64,000 bases of DNA from a virus (lineage: Duplodnaviria > Heunggongvirae > Uroviricota > Caudoviricetes). Position 1 is the stretch's first letter; the number at the start of each line of letters is the position of its first letter. This document shows, piece after piece, positions 43,279-52,223 of this stretch. The stretch is taken from positions 20,420-84,419 of IMG/VR virus record IMGVR_UViG_2974574300_000001. One strand, given 5' to 3'. The translations under genes and the position numbers were made by a program. The notes under the pieces are model-generated. The model was not told the DNA's origin. It worked only from the letters and a program-made list of their open reading frames with translations, and did not search any database.

Positions 43279-45645
43279 ATGCGCATGGTAAACGACCACG
43301 CAGAAGTGATTAAGAGTTCAACTTCTTTAGAGACGTCTCAAGCACAGATTACAATGACACCTGAAATGTTCAGCCTTCTGAGTTCTGGTGTATACACATT
43401 CAAAGAAAGGGCAGTGATTCGTGAGCTGTCATGTAATGCAGTAGATGCTCAGAAAGAAGCTGGAAAAGAGAACATCCCATTCCATGTGCATTTACCTACT
43501 CGATTTGAGCCTTACTTTGAAGTCCGTGACTTTGGAACTGGTTTAACCCATGACAAAGTAATGAGTTTGTACCTGAACTACGGGGCTTCTACGAAGAACG
43601 ACTCTAATGACTACATTGGTGCAATGGGTATCGGCTCAAAGTCACCGTTTGCAATTGCTCAGTCATTCACAGTATCTAGCTATGTTGATGGTGTTGTTAA
43701 TAAGTACTCTGTTTACCTTGAGAATGGTATCCCTCAAGTGACTAAGCTTACTACCAACCCAACAAATGAACCTAATGGCTTAGCTGTACGTGTGGCAGTT
43801 GCTGACCATCGTATTTCAAAGTTCTTTGAAGAGGCTGGTAACGTATACTCATACTTTGCTGTAAAACCAGAAAGTAATATTGTATATGATGATGTATTAG
43901 CAGACATGAATGTCATTGCCCGTGAAAAAGGTGTTTATGATGCTATGATTCATAAGCAAAGCTGGCGTTCTAGTGGCAACAGGACAGATTTTAATGTGGT
44001 AATGGGTAATATTGCCTATCCAGTTAATATGGAAGCATTACTTGGTGATGATTTCTTCAAAGTCTTGCCAGAATTTTTCCGTAGGAGCGTAGACCTTGTA
44101 AACATTTACATGCCTATTGGTTCAGTTGCTATTGCTGCTTCTCGTGAAGCATTGCAGATGAATGATACGACAAAAAATGTTATCATTGAGGCTACTAAAA
44201 AGATAACTGAAGCAATTACAAAGGATGTTATCAAGAAAGTTAATAGCCAACCTACACTTATGGATGCTGCACAGGCTTATGCGGAGTTGCGTTTGAACTC
44301 ACGAGAAATGTTTAATGCTGTGTGTCCAAAGCTAGAGTGGGGTGGTGTTAAACTTGATACTCTGGAAGAAGAATTACTAAACATTCGTCGTGGGATTATC
44401 TACGCAGAAGACGGCTCAATCATTTATGAACGTGACGGTAAAGGTAATATTAAGGTTGATAGGAACGGAAACAACATCCCTAAAGTAGATTATCTTTATA
44501 ACCCAGTTGCTTATGTCAAGTTCAACTCTTTAGAGAGCAAGATTCGTGCAACAGCACTTTCCTACACTCAAGAGGCAAGTATGTTCAATATCTTTGGCGC
44601 AATGCGTAAAAGCCAAATTGAACAGTTTTTGTTCGTGATTAATGACCGTCGCAATAAAAACGGTACTGAGAAGACTGTAGGCCGCAATCAGATTCTGCGT
44701 GGTGCATGTCGAGACTATGCCAACGAATCAAGTCTGTTTCACAGATACAATGGTATTGTGTTTGTATTCTCGACTGAGAAAGAGTTAGATGATTTAATCA
44801 ATCTGCACAAACTTGATAAAAGCTTGTTAAAGATTGTGAAAATGTCTGATAAGGAACACCATTACCAGCGCAAAGAAGCTGTAAGGGGTGTTGTAAAACT
44901 CTGGAAAGCAGTTCCAGCAGAATCTGTAGCTTCATACACAGAGGTGTCAGAAGACTTAGACACAATTGAAGAACCCCAGCTTTACATTAAGGCAGTAGGT
45001 GACACAGTTGACAGCGAATGTTTTTGCTCATCTCCAGAAGATGTAGCTAAGTCAGTTGCTAATGTTATAGGGAAGACAGTCTATGTTTTCCGAAAAGCAA
45101 ATTGGAAAAAGATACCAGAAGACTGGATTGAAGTAGATGAGAAGCTCTTGAACGACAGCTTAACTGATGTTCATTGGATTAATCATAACAGGTATATGAC
45201 ACGCATCTACATGAATGGTGTTCTTGACCTTACAAGCAGTTGGATTATTGCCAGAAACTTTACATTCAATAACAGGAAGATTTCTCGTGGTTATTGCTAT
45301 TCACGAGATACTAGCAAAACTATCTTCCTAGAGGGTAACGAAGAGGCTGTAGAGGCAATTTTCGGTAAAATCCAGTATGTTGCTGCACCATTTGCATACA
45401 CTTACACTATTAGTGTCTTGCAAACTCTGAAAGGGTGTCTTGACAATAACACAAAGCTTTACAAGAAAATCAGGAAAGCTGGTGACCGTATGGTTATTAA
45501 GGTGACAAACTACCTTTCAAAAAGAAAACAAGAAAACTTCTTGCTTTCCCATTTAGATTGGAATAAAGTGTCACCTATTGAAGTGAGTAAGTTTTTGGGC
45601 TTTAATGTGAAATGTGTTCCAGAAGGTACAACAGTTTACGATTAA
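43279..45645 (+). CDS. rIIA: rIIA protein
   Basis: 788 aa; N-terminus TMTPEMFSLLSSGVYTFKERAVIRELSCNAVDA closely parallels T4 rIIA, followed by GIGSKSPF ATPase-fold motif. Confidence 0.85.
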   Translation: MRMVNDHAEVIKSSTSLETSQAQITMTPEMFSLLSSGVYTFKERAVIRELSCNAVDAQKEAGKENIPFHVHLPTRFEPYFEVRDFGTGLTHDKVMSLYLNYGASTKNDSNDYIGAMGIGSKSPFAIAQSFTVSSYVDGVVNKYSVYLENGIPQVTKLTTNPTNEPNGLAVRVAVADHRISKFFEEAGNVYSYFAVKPESNIVYDDVLADMNVIAREKGVYDAMIHKQSWRSSGNRTDFNVVMGNIAYPVNMEALLGDDFFKVLPEFFRRSVDLVNIYMPIGSVAIAASREALQMNDTTKNVIIEATKKITEAITKDVIKKVNSQPTLMDAAQAYAELRLNSREMFNAVCPKLEWGGVKLDTLEEELLNIRRGIIYAEDGSIIYERDGKGNIKVDRNGNNIPKVDYLYNPVAYVKFNSLESKIRATALSYTQEASMFNIFGAMRKSQIEQFLFVINDRRNKNGTEKTVGRNQILRGACRDYANESSLFHRYNGIVFVFSTEKELDDLINLHKLDKSLLKIVKMSDKEHHYQRKEAVRGVVKLWKAVPAESVASYTEVSEDLDTIEEPQLYIKAVGDTVDSECFCSSPEDVAKSVANVIGKTVYVFRKANWKKIPEDWIEVDEKLLNDSLTDVHWINHNRYMTRIYMNGVLDLTSSWIIARNFTFNNRKISRGYCYSRDTSKTIFLEGNEEAVEAIFGKIQYVAAPFAYTYTISVLQTLKGCLDNNTKLYKKIRKAGDRMVIKVTNYLSKRKQENFLLSHLDWNKVSPIEVSKFLGFNVKCVPEGTTVYD

Positions 45646-45650
45646 AGTGT

Positions 45651-45680
45651 TTGACAAGGGGCTTTGAAGCCCCTTAGAAT
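45651..45680 (+). promoter_or_regulatory. sigma70-like promoter with a hairpin in the spacer, upstream of rIIB
   Basis: ttgaca-aggggctttgaagcccc-tagaat; spacer forms ggggc/gcccc. Confidence 0.4.
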
Positions 45681-45724
45681 AGCCTCACAAAATGATTTAT
45701 TAACTAACAAGAGAGAGTAATAAG

Positions 45725-46834
45725 ATGACTACTAAAACTAAAGCACAGATTGACGCAGAAATTTACAAACTGGTTAAAGAAGGTAAGCTGACTAAAACAG
45801 CTATTGCACAGAAATTTAATACTTCAACCCGTTCAGTTGGTCGTGCTGTAGAGCGTCATGAAGCAACCTTAAAAGGGGATAAGAAGGTGACTTCTACACC
45901 AGCTACTAAGACTTTGAAACAAGTTGCTAAGACTTTTAAAAAGAAAGCTGACAAACCAGTTGAAAAGGTTGTTAAAGAGTCTGTACAGAAAGCTCCAGTA
46001 AATAAACTACATGAAGCTATGCAGAAAGATGACAAGATTGAGTACATGATTACTGGTGACTCTGTAATTATGACTTACGGTTCAGAATCTGAAATTGTTG
46101 AGTCTACTCATCCGAACTATCAAGGGATTGTAGTTCATGTTGTGAAAGGTGAGTTCAAAAAAGCCTTTGAACTGATGAACATTCGTAAGTCTATCGAAAA
46201 CTTCACTCAGGGTGCTATCACAATCAAAGGTGACAAGTTATTCTACGGTGCTGTTGAGATGCGTTCTACTCTGGTTGACCGTATTCTTCACATGATGAAG
46301 ACTGGTGATAAAGGTTTTGAACGACTTGTAATGTTCTTCGAAAAACTGATGGAAAACCCATCTAAAGATTCTGTAGAACAACTTTGGGGCTTCGTATCTC
46401 ACCTTGATGTTGAAATTGATGAAGAAGGATACATCATTGGTTGGAAGAAAGTCTCTACTCGTGAAGGCAAGCTGGTTGACTCCCACACCTACAGAGTACC
46501 TAATGATTTAGGCAACATTGTAGAAATGCCACGTTGGATGGTTGATAATAACCGTAACGTGACTTGCTCTCAAGGTCTTCACGTTGGTGCTTGGGATTAT
46601 GTTCGTTGCTTCTCAGGTGATACAATTCTGAAGGTTCGTGTTCATCCACGAGATGTTGTATCTGTTCCAACTGATTACAACGATATGAAGATGCGCTCGT
46701 CTCGTTATGAAGTTGCAGCAATCGTTGATAATCAACGTAAAGTACTGAAAGCATGGGATGGCAAGACTGAAGCTTTGCATGTCATCGTTGGTACTGCTGG
46801 AGAACTTATCTCCCAACGTAAACGTGAAATCTAA
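45725..46834 (+). CDS. rIIB: rIIB protein
   Basis: 369 aa; LFYGAVEMRSTLVDRIL, EEGYIIGWKKV and PRWMVDNNRNVTCSQGLHVGAWDYV parallel T4 rIIB. Confidence 0.85.
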   Translation: MTTKTKAQIDAEIYKLVKEGKLTKTAIAQKFNTSTRSVGRAVERHEATLKGDKKVTSTPATKTLKQVAKTFKKKADKPVEKVVKESVQKAPVNKLHEAMQKDDKIEYMITGDSVIMTYGSESEIVESTHPNYQGIVVHVVKGEFKKAFELMNIRKSIENFTQGAITIKGDKLFYGAVEMRSTLVDRILHMMKTGDKGFERLVMFFEKLMENPSKDSVEQLWGFVSHLDVEIDEEGYIIGWKKVSTREGKLVDSHTYRVPNDLGNIVEMPRWMVDNNRNVTCSQGLHVGAWDYVRCFSGDTILKVRVHPRDVVSVPTDYNDMKMRSSRYEVAAIVDNQRKVLKAWDGKTEALHVIVGTAGELISQRKREI

Positions 46835-46850
46835 TAAGTAATTTCTTAAA

Positions 46851-46875
46851 AGGCTGCTTCGGCGGCCTTTTTTAT
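46851..46875 (+). terminator. rho-independent terminator
   Basis: aggctgc-ttcg-gcggcct followed by tttttt. Confidence 0.55.
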
Positions 46876-46934
46876 TTGTATTTTGTGCAGAGTGCTGTAT
46901 AATTGTTGTCACGATAAACTAAACAGGAGAACCA

Positions 46935-47483
46935 ATGAAGAAATTGATTCTAGGTTTGTGCTTAATGTTTACAGCACACTTATCTTATGCAGTTGACTGC
47001 CCAGAGCTATCAATTAGCCAAAAAGTAAACATGTTAAAAGCTTACCAGTATGGTGAGAATAACATGGGTAAAGGTTGGGGTATTACTCTAGCAGCTATAG
47101 CCTTACAAGAGTCAGAGTTAGGTCTGAAGGTAGAGAATAAAAAGACCCATGACTATGGTATTTTCCAGAATCACTTGAAGACTGTTGTAAAGCGTAACAA
47201 AATTAGCCCTAATGTGGCTAAAAAGAAACTCTTAAGAGATTTTGATTATGCTGCGAAGGAAACGCACAAAGAGCTTGAGTTTTGGACAAAGGTACATGGT
47301 CAGCCAAAGTCAAAGAAGACTTTACAAAAAGTTTTAGCATCATATAATGCTGGGTATTCGTACAGAATCCCTAAAGCTAAGAAATATTCTCAAGATGTTT
47401 ATAACAATATGAAAGTAATTGCTCAATGTGAATTTGCAACAAACATTTCTAAGGTAAACCATGAAAAAATTAAGAAAGTCTGA
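46935..47483 (+). CDS. secreted lytic transglycosylase-like protein (SLT family)
   Basis: 182 aa; signal peptide MKKLILGLCLMFTAHLSYA; SLT-like motifs AIALQESELG, YGIFQN and ASYNAGYS. Confidence 0.55.
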   Translation: MKKLILGLCLMFTAHLSYAVDCPELSISQKVNMLKAYQYGENNMGKGWGITLAAIALQESELGLKVENKKTHDYGIFQNHLKTVVKRNKISPNVAKKKLLRDFDYAAKETHKELEFWTKVHGQPKSKKTLQKVLASYNAGYSYRIPKAKKYSQDVYNNMKVIAQCEFATNISKVNHEKIKKV

Positions 47484-48156
47484 TGAAGTATTGTGCCATG
47501 CTTATGACTTACAGCCTCATGAGTTAGGACTTGATTCCTGTGTATGGACTCCAGAACAGTGCAGGGATTTTGAAGACACCGCAAGAGAAGTTGTATGTTC
47601 ACTTGAAGAGTTCCACATATCAGAACCAATTGTGAACGTTGTGGACAAAGAGACTGGGCAATCCATAGGTGTAAAACGTGATAGCTTAGTCATAGTCAAC
47701 AAAGACCTTGTAGAGAAAGGTAATCTTATCTTAGCAGATATTGATGGAGTTCTTACAAATTTTAATCACGAAGATTGTTCAACGGAATTGACTGATGGTT
47801 CATTTTCACAGTACACTAATCTTCTTGATTCTGTAAGAGCAAAACCAACGTATGTTTTCAATATCATTGATGCAATTGCTAATCATGCTGCCGTTGGACT
47901 CTTGACAGCGAGAGGTGAATCTCAGAGAATACCCACTGAGATGTTTTTAAGGCATAACACGGAGCATGACTACATGCTTTTTATGCGTGGTTTTGGGACT
48001 AACTCTATAAGTGCAGAAAGTTTGAAAGTGAGGATGATTCAGTCTTGCATTCTGCCTTACTTTAATATAGTATGTTTTATAGAAGACACAGAGAAGAATG
48101 TGCAGAAGGTGAACAGAATCCTTCCACACATCAAAACCATGTTAGTTAAACATTGA
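47461..48156 (+). CDS. hypothetical protein, possible HAD-like hydrolase
   Basis: 231 aa; LILADIDGVLT resembles HAD motif I but is not N-terminal; weak. Confidence 0.3.
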   Translation: MKKLRKSDEVLCHAYDLQPHELGLDSCVWTPEQCRDFEDTAREVVCSLEEFHISEPIVNVVDKETGQSIGVKRDSLVIVNKDLVEKGNLILADIDGVLTNFNHEDCSTELTDGSFSQYTNLLDSVRAKPTYVFNIIDAIANHAAVGLLTARGESQRIPTEMFLRHNTEHDYMLFMRGFGTNSISAESLKVRMIQSCILPYFNIVCFIEDTEKNVQKVNRILPHIKTMLVKH

Positions 48157-48166
48157 GAGAAAACTT

Positions 48167-48631
48167 ATGAACAATATCATTACGGTAGCACTGGACGTTA
48201 CGGCAAACAAATCTGAAGTAGTTCGTAACATTATCAAGAGCAACTTTGAGGGTAAAATCTTCCGTGCTGTCAATGTAAAAGCAGACGGTAACATTCGGGA
48301 GTATCGTGCCCTTTTGAATGTTAAGAAACACGTCAAAGGTGCTGGTTCAACGACTGCACACAAAGAAAACCTGATGACCATCTATGATATTGGGATGGCT
48401 TCAGAATTAGGTGCTGAAGGTATCGTTAAAGAAGGTGCTCCGTATCGCTCTTTCAATCTGGAAACTGCTCTCATGCTTTCCTTTACAAGTGGTTCTAAAA
48501 CAACTACTTATCTCTTTACTGATGCTGCAACGGTATCTGCTATCAAGGATAGCACTGTCAAAGCTGGGGTAGCTGCTGCTGCAAAAGCTTCTTCGATGGC
48601 TGCAAATGTCCTTGCTAAAGTCCTCGGTTAA
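48167..48631 (+). CDS. hypothetical protein
   Basis: 154 aa ORF with Ala-rich C-terminus. Confidence 0.35.
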   Translation: MNNIITVALDVTANKSEVVRNIIKSNFEGKIFRAVNVKADGNIREYRALLNVKKHVKGAGSTTAHKENLMTIYDIGMASELGAEGIVKEGAPYRSFNLETALMLSFTSGSKTTTYLFTDAATVSAIKDSTVKAGVAAAAKASSMAANVLAKVLG

Positions 48632-48642
48632 GGTTAAGATAC

Positions 48643-48666
48643 AGGCTCCTTCGGGAGCCTTTTTCA
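48643..48666 (+). terminator. rho-independent terminator
   Basis: ggctcc-ttcg-ggagcc followed by tttttc. Confidence 0.6.
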
Positions 48667-48683
48667 TTTCAGGAGATTGTTAA

Positions 48684-49031
48684 ATGACATTTAAAGAGTT
48701 CTGTCAAGCCACTTTCATAATTGTTTTCTTAGTTGGGGCAGGTGTCTGGGGAGGATACTCTTACAGAGACTGTCAAGTTGCTGAAACTGAGCTAAACAAT
48801 CAAAAGCTCATAAGTGTTGCTAAAGATGCTTATCAGGAAGGATTAGTCACACTGAGCACCAATTACAAAAATGATTTGAAAGATGTGCTTGCTAAGAATA
48901 AGCATACAAAAGAGGTACTAACATATGAAAAAACTAAGCCAGAGTTTTATAATGTTTGTGTTACTGATAACTATGTCAGGGTGTTCAACGAACAAAGTGA
49001 ACAGTACATTCAAAAACTCCCAAGTAAGTGA
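48684..49031 (+). CDS. putative i-spanin (inner-membrane spanin subunit)
   Basis: 115 aa; N-terminal TM (ATFIIVFLVGAGVWGGY) and charged periplasmic domain; 3' end overlaps a lipoprotein ORF in another frame. Confidence 0.45.
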   Translation: MTFKEFCQATFIIVFLVGAGVWGGYSYRDCQVAETELNNQKLISVAKDAYQEGLVTLSTNYKNDLKDVLAKNKHTKEVLTYEKTKPEFYNVCVTDNYVRVFNEQSEQYIQKLPSK

Positions 49032-49194
49032 GAGCGATAAGTACACTCAAGAAGAGTCACAGTATATCATCAAAGGCAACACAGGCAGTGATGTAGCAGC
49101 AGCCCTTGAGTTCTATCGTGACGGCTTTTACCAGTGTACAATCAAAGCTAATAACCTTATTGACATGATTTTATTAGGGAATAAGCAGCAATGA
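48925..49194 (+). CDS. putative o-spanin (outer-membrane lipoprotein spanin subunit)
   Basis: 89 aa; signal peptide with lipobox ITMSGC, one further Cys; start embedded in the 3' end of 48684..49031. Confidence 0.45.
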   Translation: MKKLSQSFIMFVLLITMSGCSTNKVNSTFKNSQVSESDKYTQEESQYIIKGNTGSDVAAALEFYRDGFYQCTIKANNLIDMILLGNKQQ

Positions 49195-49460
49195 CAGAGA
49201 ATCAAGATACTTTCTATGTAGAAGGTTACTTACTGTTACCACGACCAAAAGAAACTTATATGCGAATTGATTTCTCACCAACCATCATGGATAATGTGAT
49301 GTGCCATATCTTTATGCAAGGTGTCACAGCACAACTTAAGCATGTTGGCAAAGAGTGCAAAATAAAGGTTGACACTCATCCAGAAATCAAAGAAAATCAC
49401 TACACATGGTTCTTACCAGACTCTAAAGAAATCTTAGCAGTTCTTAAAACGAGGAAGTAA
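49191..49460 (+). CDS. hypothetical protein
   Basis: 89 aa ORF. Confidence 0.35.
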   Translation: MTENQDTFYVEGYLLLPRPKETYMRIDFSPTIMDNVMCHIFMQGVTAQLKHVGKECKIKVDTHPEIKENHYTWFLPDSKEILAVLKTRK

Positions 49461-49462
49461 CT

Positions 49463-49786
49463 ATGCAGATTAATGGAAGAGACTTTGTAGCCGTTTACTA
49501 CGAGAAAGGTAAAGAGGTTGGTGTAGCACAAGTAACTTATGGCAATGGTAAGTGGCTATATGGAACAATCGCAGTAGTAGGAACAAGAAGTGATACAAAA
49601 ACTTTTAAAGATTGTGTTGACCTTCTTGAAGAATCCATCCAGAATCATTGGTGTCTGATATGGATGACTGATAACGAAGTGATGGAGCGTTTCAAAAAGA
49701 TTGATATCAACATTGACAGTATTGAGCATGTTGATTTATATGAGCTAACTGAGAAGGTAAACTATGAAAGCTCTAGAGGTAATTGA
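49463..49786 (+). CDS. hypothetical protein
   Basis: 107 aa ORF. Confidence 0.35.
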   Translation: MQINGRDFVAVYYEKGKEVGVAQVTYGNGKWLYGTIAVVGTRSDTKTFKDCVDLLEESIQNHWCLIWMTDNEVMERFKKIDINIDSIEHVDLYELTEKVNYESSRGN

Positions 49787-49991
49787 TAAAGACACTGGAG
49801 AAGTTACATCAGCATGTGTTTTCGTTAGTAACGACACAGTGATACCATTTTACAATCTCGATAGTTTTAGTTTTACAGGGATAACTCCAGAAGAATACTT
49901 TGAAGACCTTACCTTTGCCAGAATTTCTATAGATACATTCTATAAATGCTTCTATGATGAAGGTAAAGAATTACGAGAAACTGAACTATAA
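49764..49991 (+). CDS. hypothetical protein
   Basis: 75 aa ORF. Confidence 0.3.
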   Translation: MKALEVIDKDTGEVTSACVFVSNDTVIPFYNLDSFSFTGITPEEYFEDLTFARISIDTFYKCFYDEGKELRETEL

Positions 49992-50003
49992 GGTGTAAAT
50001 TAC

Positions 50004-50204
50004 ATGGCTGACTTCTGCAAAGATTGTTCTATCGAGATGTTTGGACGTGATACAGGTGACTTAAAAGGTCTTATCACTGAAGATGACTTTAAAGCTGGTT
50101 ATGCAATGCCAGTAATATGTGAAGGTTGTGGGTGCATCTGGGTAGACCACGAAGGGCAACGTGTAAAACCTTCAGAAGATAAAGAATCTTGGGAGAGATG
50201 TTAA
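50004..50204 (+). CDS. small zinc-ribbon protein
   Basis: 66 aa with CKDC ... CEGCGC cysteine clusters. Confidence 0.35.
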   Translation: MADFCKDCSIEMFGRDTGDLKGLITEDDFKAGYAMPVICEGCGCIWVDHEGQRVKPSEDKESWERC

Positions 50205-50984
50205 ATGGGTATTGTAAAAGTTGTGAAAGGTAACTTACTGGCTGCCTTCAAAAACACAGATATTGAGTTAATTGCTCATGGTTGCAACTGTCGTAACCTC
50301 ATGGGTGCTGGAATCGCTCAAAAAATTGCTAAGATTTTCCCAAAAGCTGAAGAAGCTGACCGGAAATTCCATAAAAAGTTTGGCTACAGTGCTCATGATA
50401 TCGGATACCAGATGGTCGGTGAGGTGTCACATGCTCGAACGGAGTATGGTTACATTTTTAACCTATATACACAGTTGGATGTTGGGAAGTGTGCATCATA
50501 CCGATACTTAGTGGAGTCACTAGAAAAACTCCGTAAATTTTGCTGGCTGCACAACATTCGTAAGATTGGTTTACCCATGATTGGGGCAGGTATAGGTGGT
50601 TTAGATGCACAAGCTGTGAAAAGCCTCATTAATAGTGTTATGTATAACGTTGATGTGTACCTCTACGTCTATGATGAAACAATGGCAAGTGTAGTTACCC
50701 CTAAGTATGCTACCTCAGCACCACAATTCTATGATGGTGTCGTGCTAAGTGACGGGAAGACTAATCAAGTTACCCTCTATCAACTTGTTGAAGGTAAGGT
50801 CGAGGTTAGTTACCCTCTGGTTAGTGAGATGGGTATGTGCAACAGTGAAATGTTCCCAGTTGACCCGTTTGGAAGATATGAAGGTGTATTCTTTGATAAC
50901 TACCCAGCAGCGTACATCTACACAACAAATCAGGATGAAGTTCACTACTTGCTGTATTCTAAAAAGTTCAAATTCATAAGCTGA
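50205..50984 (+). CDS. macro-domain-like protein (ADP-ribose binding/processing)
   Basis: 259 aa; ELIAHGCNCRNLMGAGIAQKIAKIFP resembles the macro-domain glycine-rich loop of the OARD1/TARG1-like subgroup, as recalled. Confidence 0.45.
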   Translation: MGIVKVVKGNLLAAFKNTDIELIAHGCNCRNLMGAGIAQKIAKIFPKAEEADRKFHKKFGYSAHDIGYQMVGEVSHARTEYGYIFNLYTQLDVGKCASYRYLVESLEKLRKFCWLHNIRKIGLPMIGAGIGGLDAQAVKSLINSVMYNVDVYLYVYDETMASVVTPKYATSAPQFYDGVVLSDGKTNQVTLYQLVEGKVEVSYPLVSEMGMCNSEMFPVDPFGRYEGVFFDNYPAAYIYTTNQDEVHYLLYSKKFKFIS

Positions 50985-51130
50985 TTAGTACTTCACAGTA
51001 TCTGTAAGGTATTTAAGAAGGTCACCTAACCCATTGAAAAATTTAAGGTAAGGTGGCCTTTTTCATTTTCAATTCGTGCAGGTATCTGTATAGGTCTGTA
51101 CAGATATCTCCAAAAATCTCATCGCCGGAT

Positions 51131-51201
51131 AGAAAAATCATTTTCAAAACGTGCAGACCCCGCTCAGGTCGGGCAAGAAAAATCATTTTAGAATTGTGCA
51201 G
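51131..51201 (+). repeat. two ~25 bp direct repeats with a third partial copy at 51061-51081
   Basis: agaaaaatcattttcaaaacgtgcag and agaaaaatcattttagaattgtgcag. Confidence 0.5.
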
Positions 51202-51220
51202 GTAGGTTTTTATAGAGAGC

Positions 51221-51259
51221 CAGCCCAGCCCCTCTCCCCCTCTTACTCCCCCTCTCCCC
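51221..51259. repeat. C/T-only tract, G-rich on the minus strand
   Basis: cagcccagcccctctccccctcttactccccctctcccc; at least five C-runs of 3 or more in 39 nt. Confidence 0.5.
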
Positions 51260-51380
51260 AAAAGTCAAGAGAAAAATTTGTAGCGGATTGAAAAATAATT
51301 CTTGATTTGCGTTCTGTTTTGTGGTAGTCGTGTGCGCCCGTTCATTTCCCAACCTTACAAAAAATATTTAATAAAAACCG

Positions 51381-51409
51381 TTGACACGCCAAACAAGTTT
51401 ACGTACTAT
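51381..51409 (+). promoter_or_regulatory. sigma70-like promoter for the small-ORF cluster
   Basis: ttgaca-N17-tactat, then ggag RBS and ATG at 51459. Confidence 0.5.
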
Positions 51410-51458
51410 TTGCATCAGACGGGCAAGCAAGCCCACTTCCTAAACTGGAGAATCGAAA

Positions 51459-51665
51459 ATGCTTTACAGTCGTGAATTGATGGCTACAACTAACGTTAAC
51501 ACAAATGCAAAACGTTTTTACATGCAAATTTGTGGCGTATGGTCTAGAATATCAGAAGCTGACTATTGCAACTATGTAGAAACAGCTATAAACTCTAATT
51601 GCTACCTTACAAGAAATACTAAGAAGTTTACAAGGCAAACAGCGATTTACTATTACGATAAATAA
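51459..51665 (+). CDS. small early-type protein
   Basis: 68 aa; ATG with ctggag RBS. Confidence 0.4.
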   Translation: MLYSRELMATTNVNTNAKRFYMQICGVWSRISEADYCNYVETAINSNCYLTRNTKKFTRQTAIYYYDK

Positions 51666-51753
51666 AAAGTACTTTACATGGGGCTTAAAAGTCTGTAAAG
51701 TAAGCCCCAGATAAAGAGCTTTACCACTCAATCCTAAATTGGAGAACTTAAAA
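51666..51753 (+). promoter_or_regulatory. cassette A copy 1 (stem-loop plus conserved leader)
   Basis: ctttacatggggcttaaaagtctgtaaagtaagccccagataaagagctttaccactcaatcctaaattggag then ATG. Confidence 0.5.
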
Positions 51754-52134
51754 ATGGCATACCGCGCACCGAAATTCATCAATAAAGAAAATTTTCGTAA
51801 TGTATTAGAGAAGGCGCTTGATGAAAAATTTAACGGCAAAATAATTGTTGTTCACTCGTTCAATTTCAAGTATGATATCAACGGGAATAAAATCAACCAT
51901 TACACGGCAACCATGTTAGATGGCACTCTTTCAAGTGAAAAAACAATTCTCCATGCACTTGCTGGACGTGGAAAAAACCTGATAAGATGCGATAAGAGAC
52001 GTTATCAAGGTGGCGCATATGGTTATGATGATGCTATTTATCATCTTGAAAATATGGGCTATCAAGTAGAAAAAGCTGGAGTATCACAAATCATCGGGAG
52101 TGATGGTTATGTAACAACTTTCAAAATTAGATAA
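51754..52134 (+). CDS. small early-type protein
   Basis: 126 aa from ATG after the cassette (track start 51739 is an alternative start inside the cassette). Confidence 0.4.
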   Translation: MAYRAPKFINKENFRNVLEKALDEKFNGKIIVVHSFNFKYDINGNKINHYTATMLDGTLSSEKTILHALAGRGKNLIRCDKRRYQGGAYGYDDAIYHLENMGYQVEKAGVSQIIGSDGYVTTFKIR

Positions 52135-52223
52135 TAAAGTACTTTACAGGGGGCTTATAGTTCAATAAAGTAAGCCCCAGATAAAGAGCTTTACCACTAA
52201 ATCCTAAATTGGAGATTCAAAAA
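52135..52223 (+). promoter_or_regulatory. cassette A copy 2
   Basis: ctttacagggggcttatagttcaataaagtaagccccagataaagagctttaccactaaatcctaaattggag. Confidence 0.5.

Noticed and set aside
47461-48156. HAD-family phosphatase call based on LILADIDGVLT
   Set aside because: The DxDG-like motif sits ~95 residues into the ORF instead of near the N-terminus and no other HAD motifs were recognised; kept only as a low-confidence note
51043-51261. Minus-strand 72 aa ORF with a Gly/Arg-rich N-terminus (MGRGGVRGGEGLG...)
   Set aside because: The glycine run is the reverse complement of the C/T-only tract at 51221-51259; no RBS; more likely non-coding regulatory DNA
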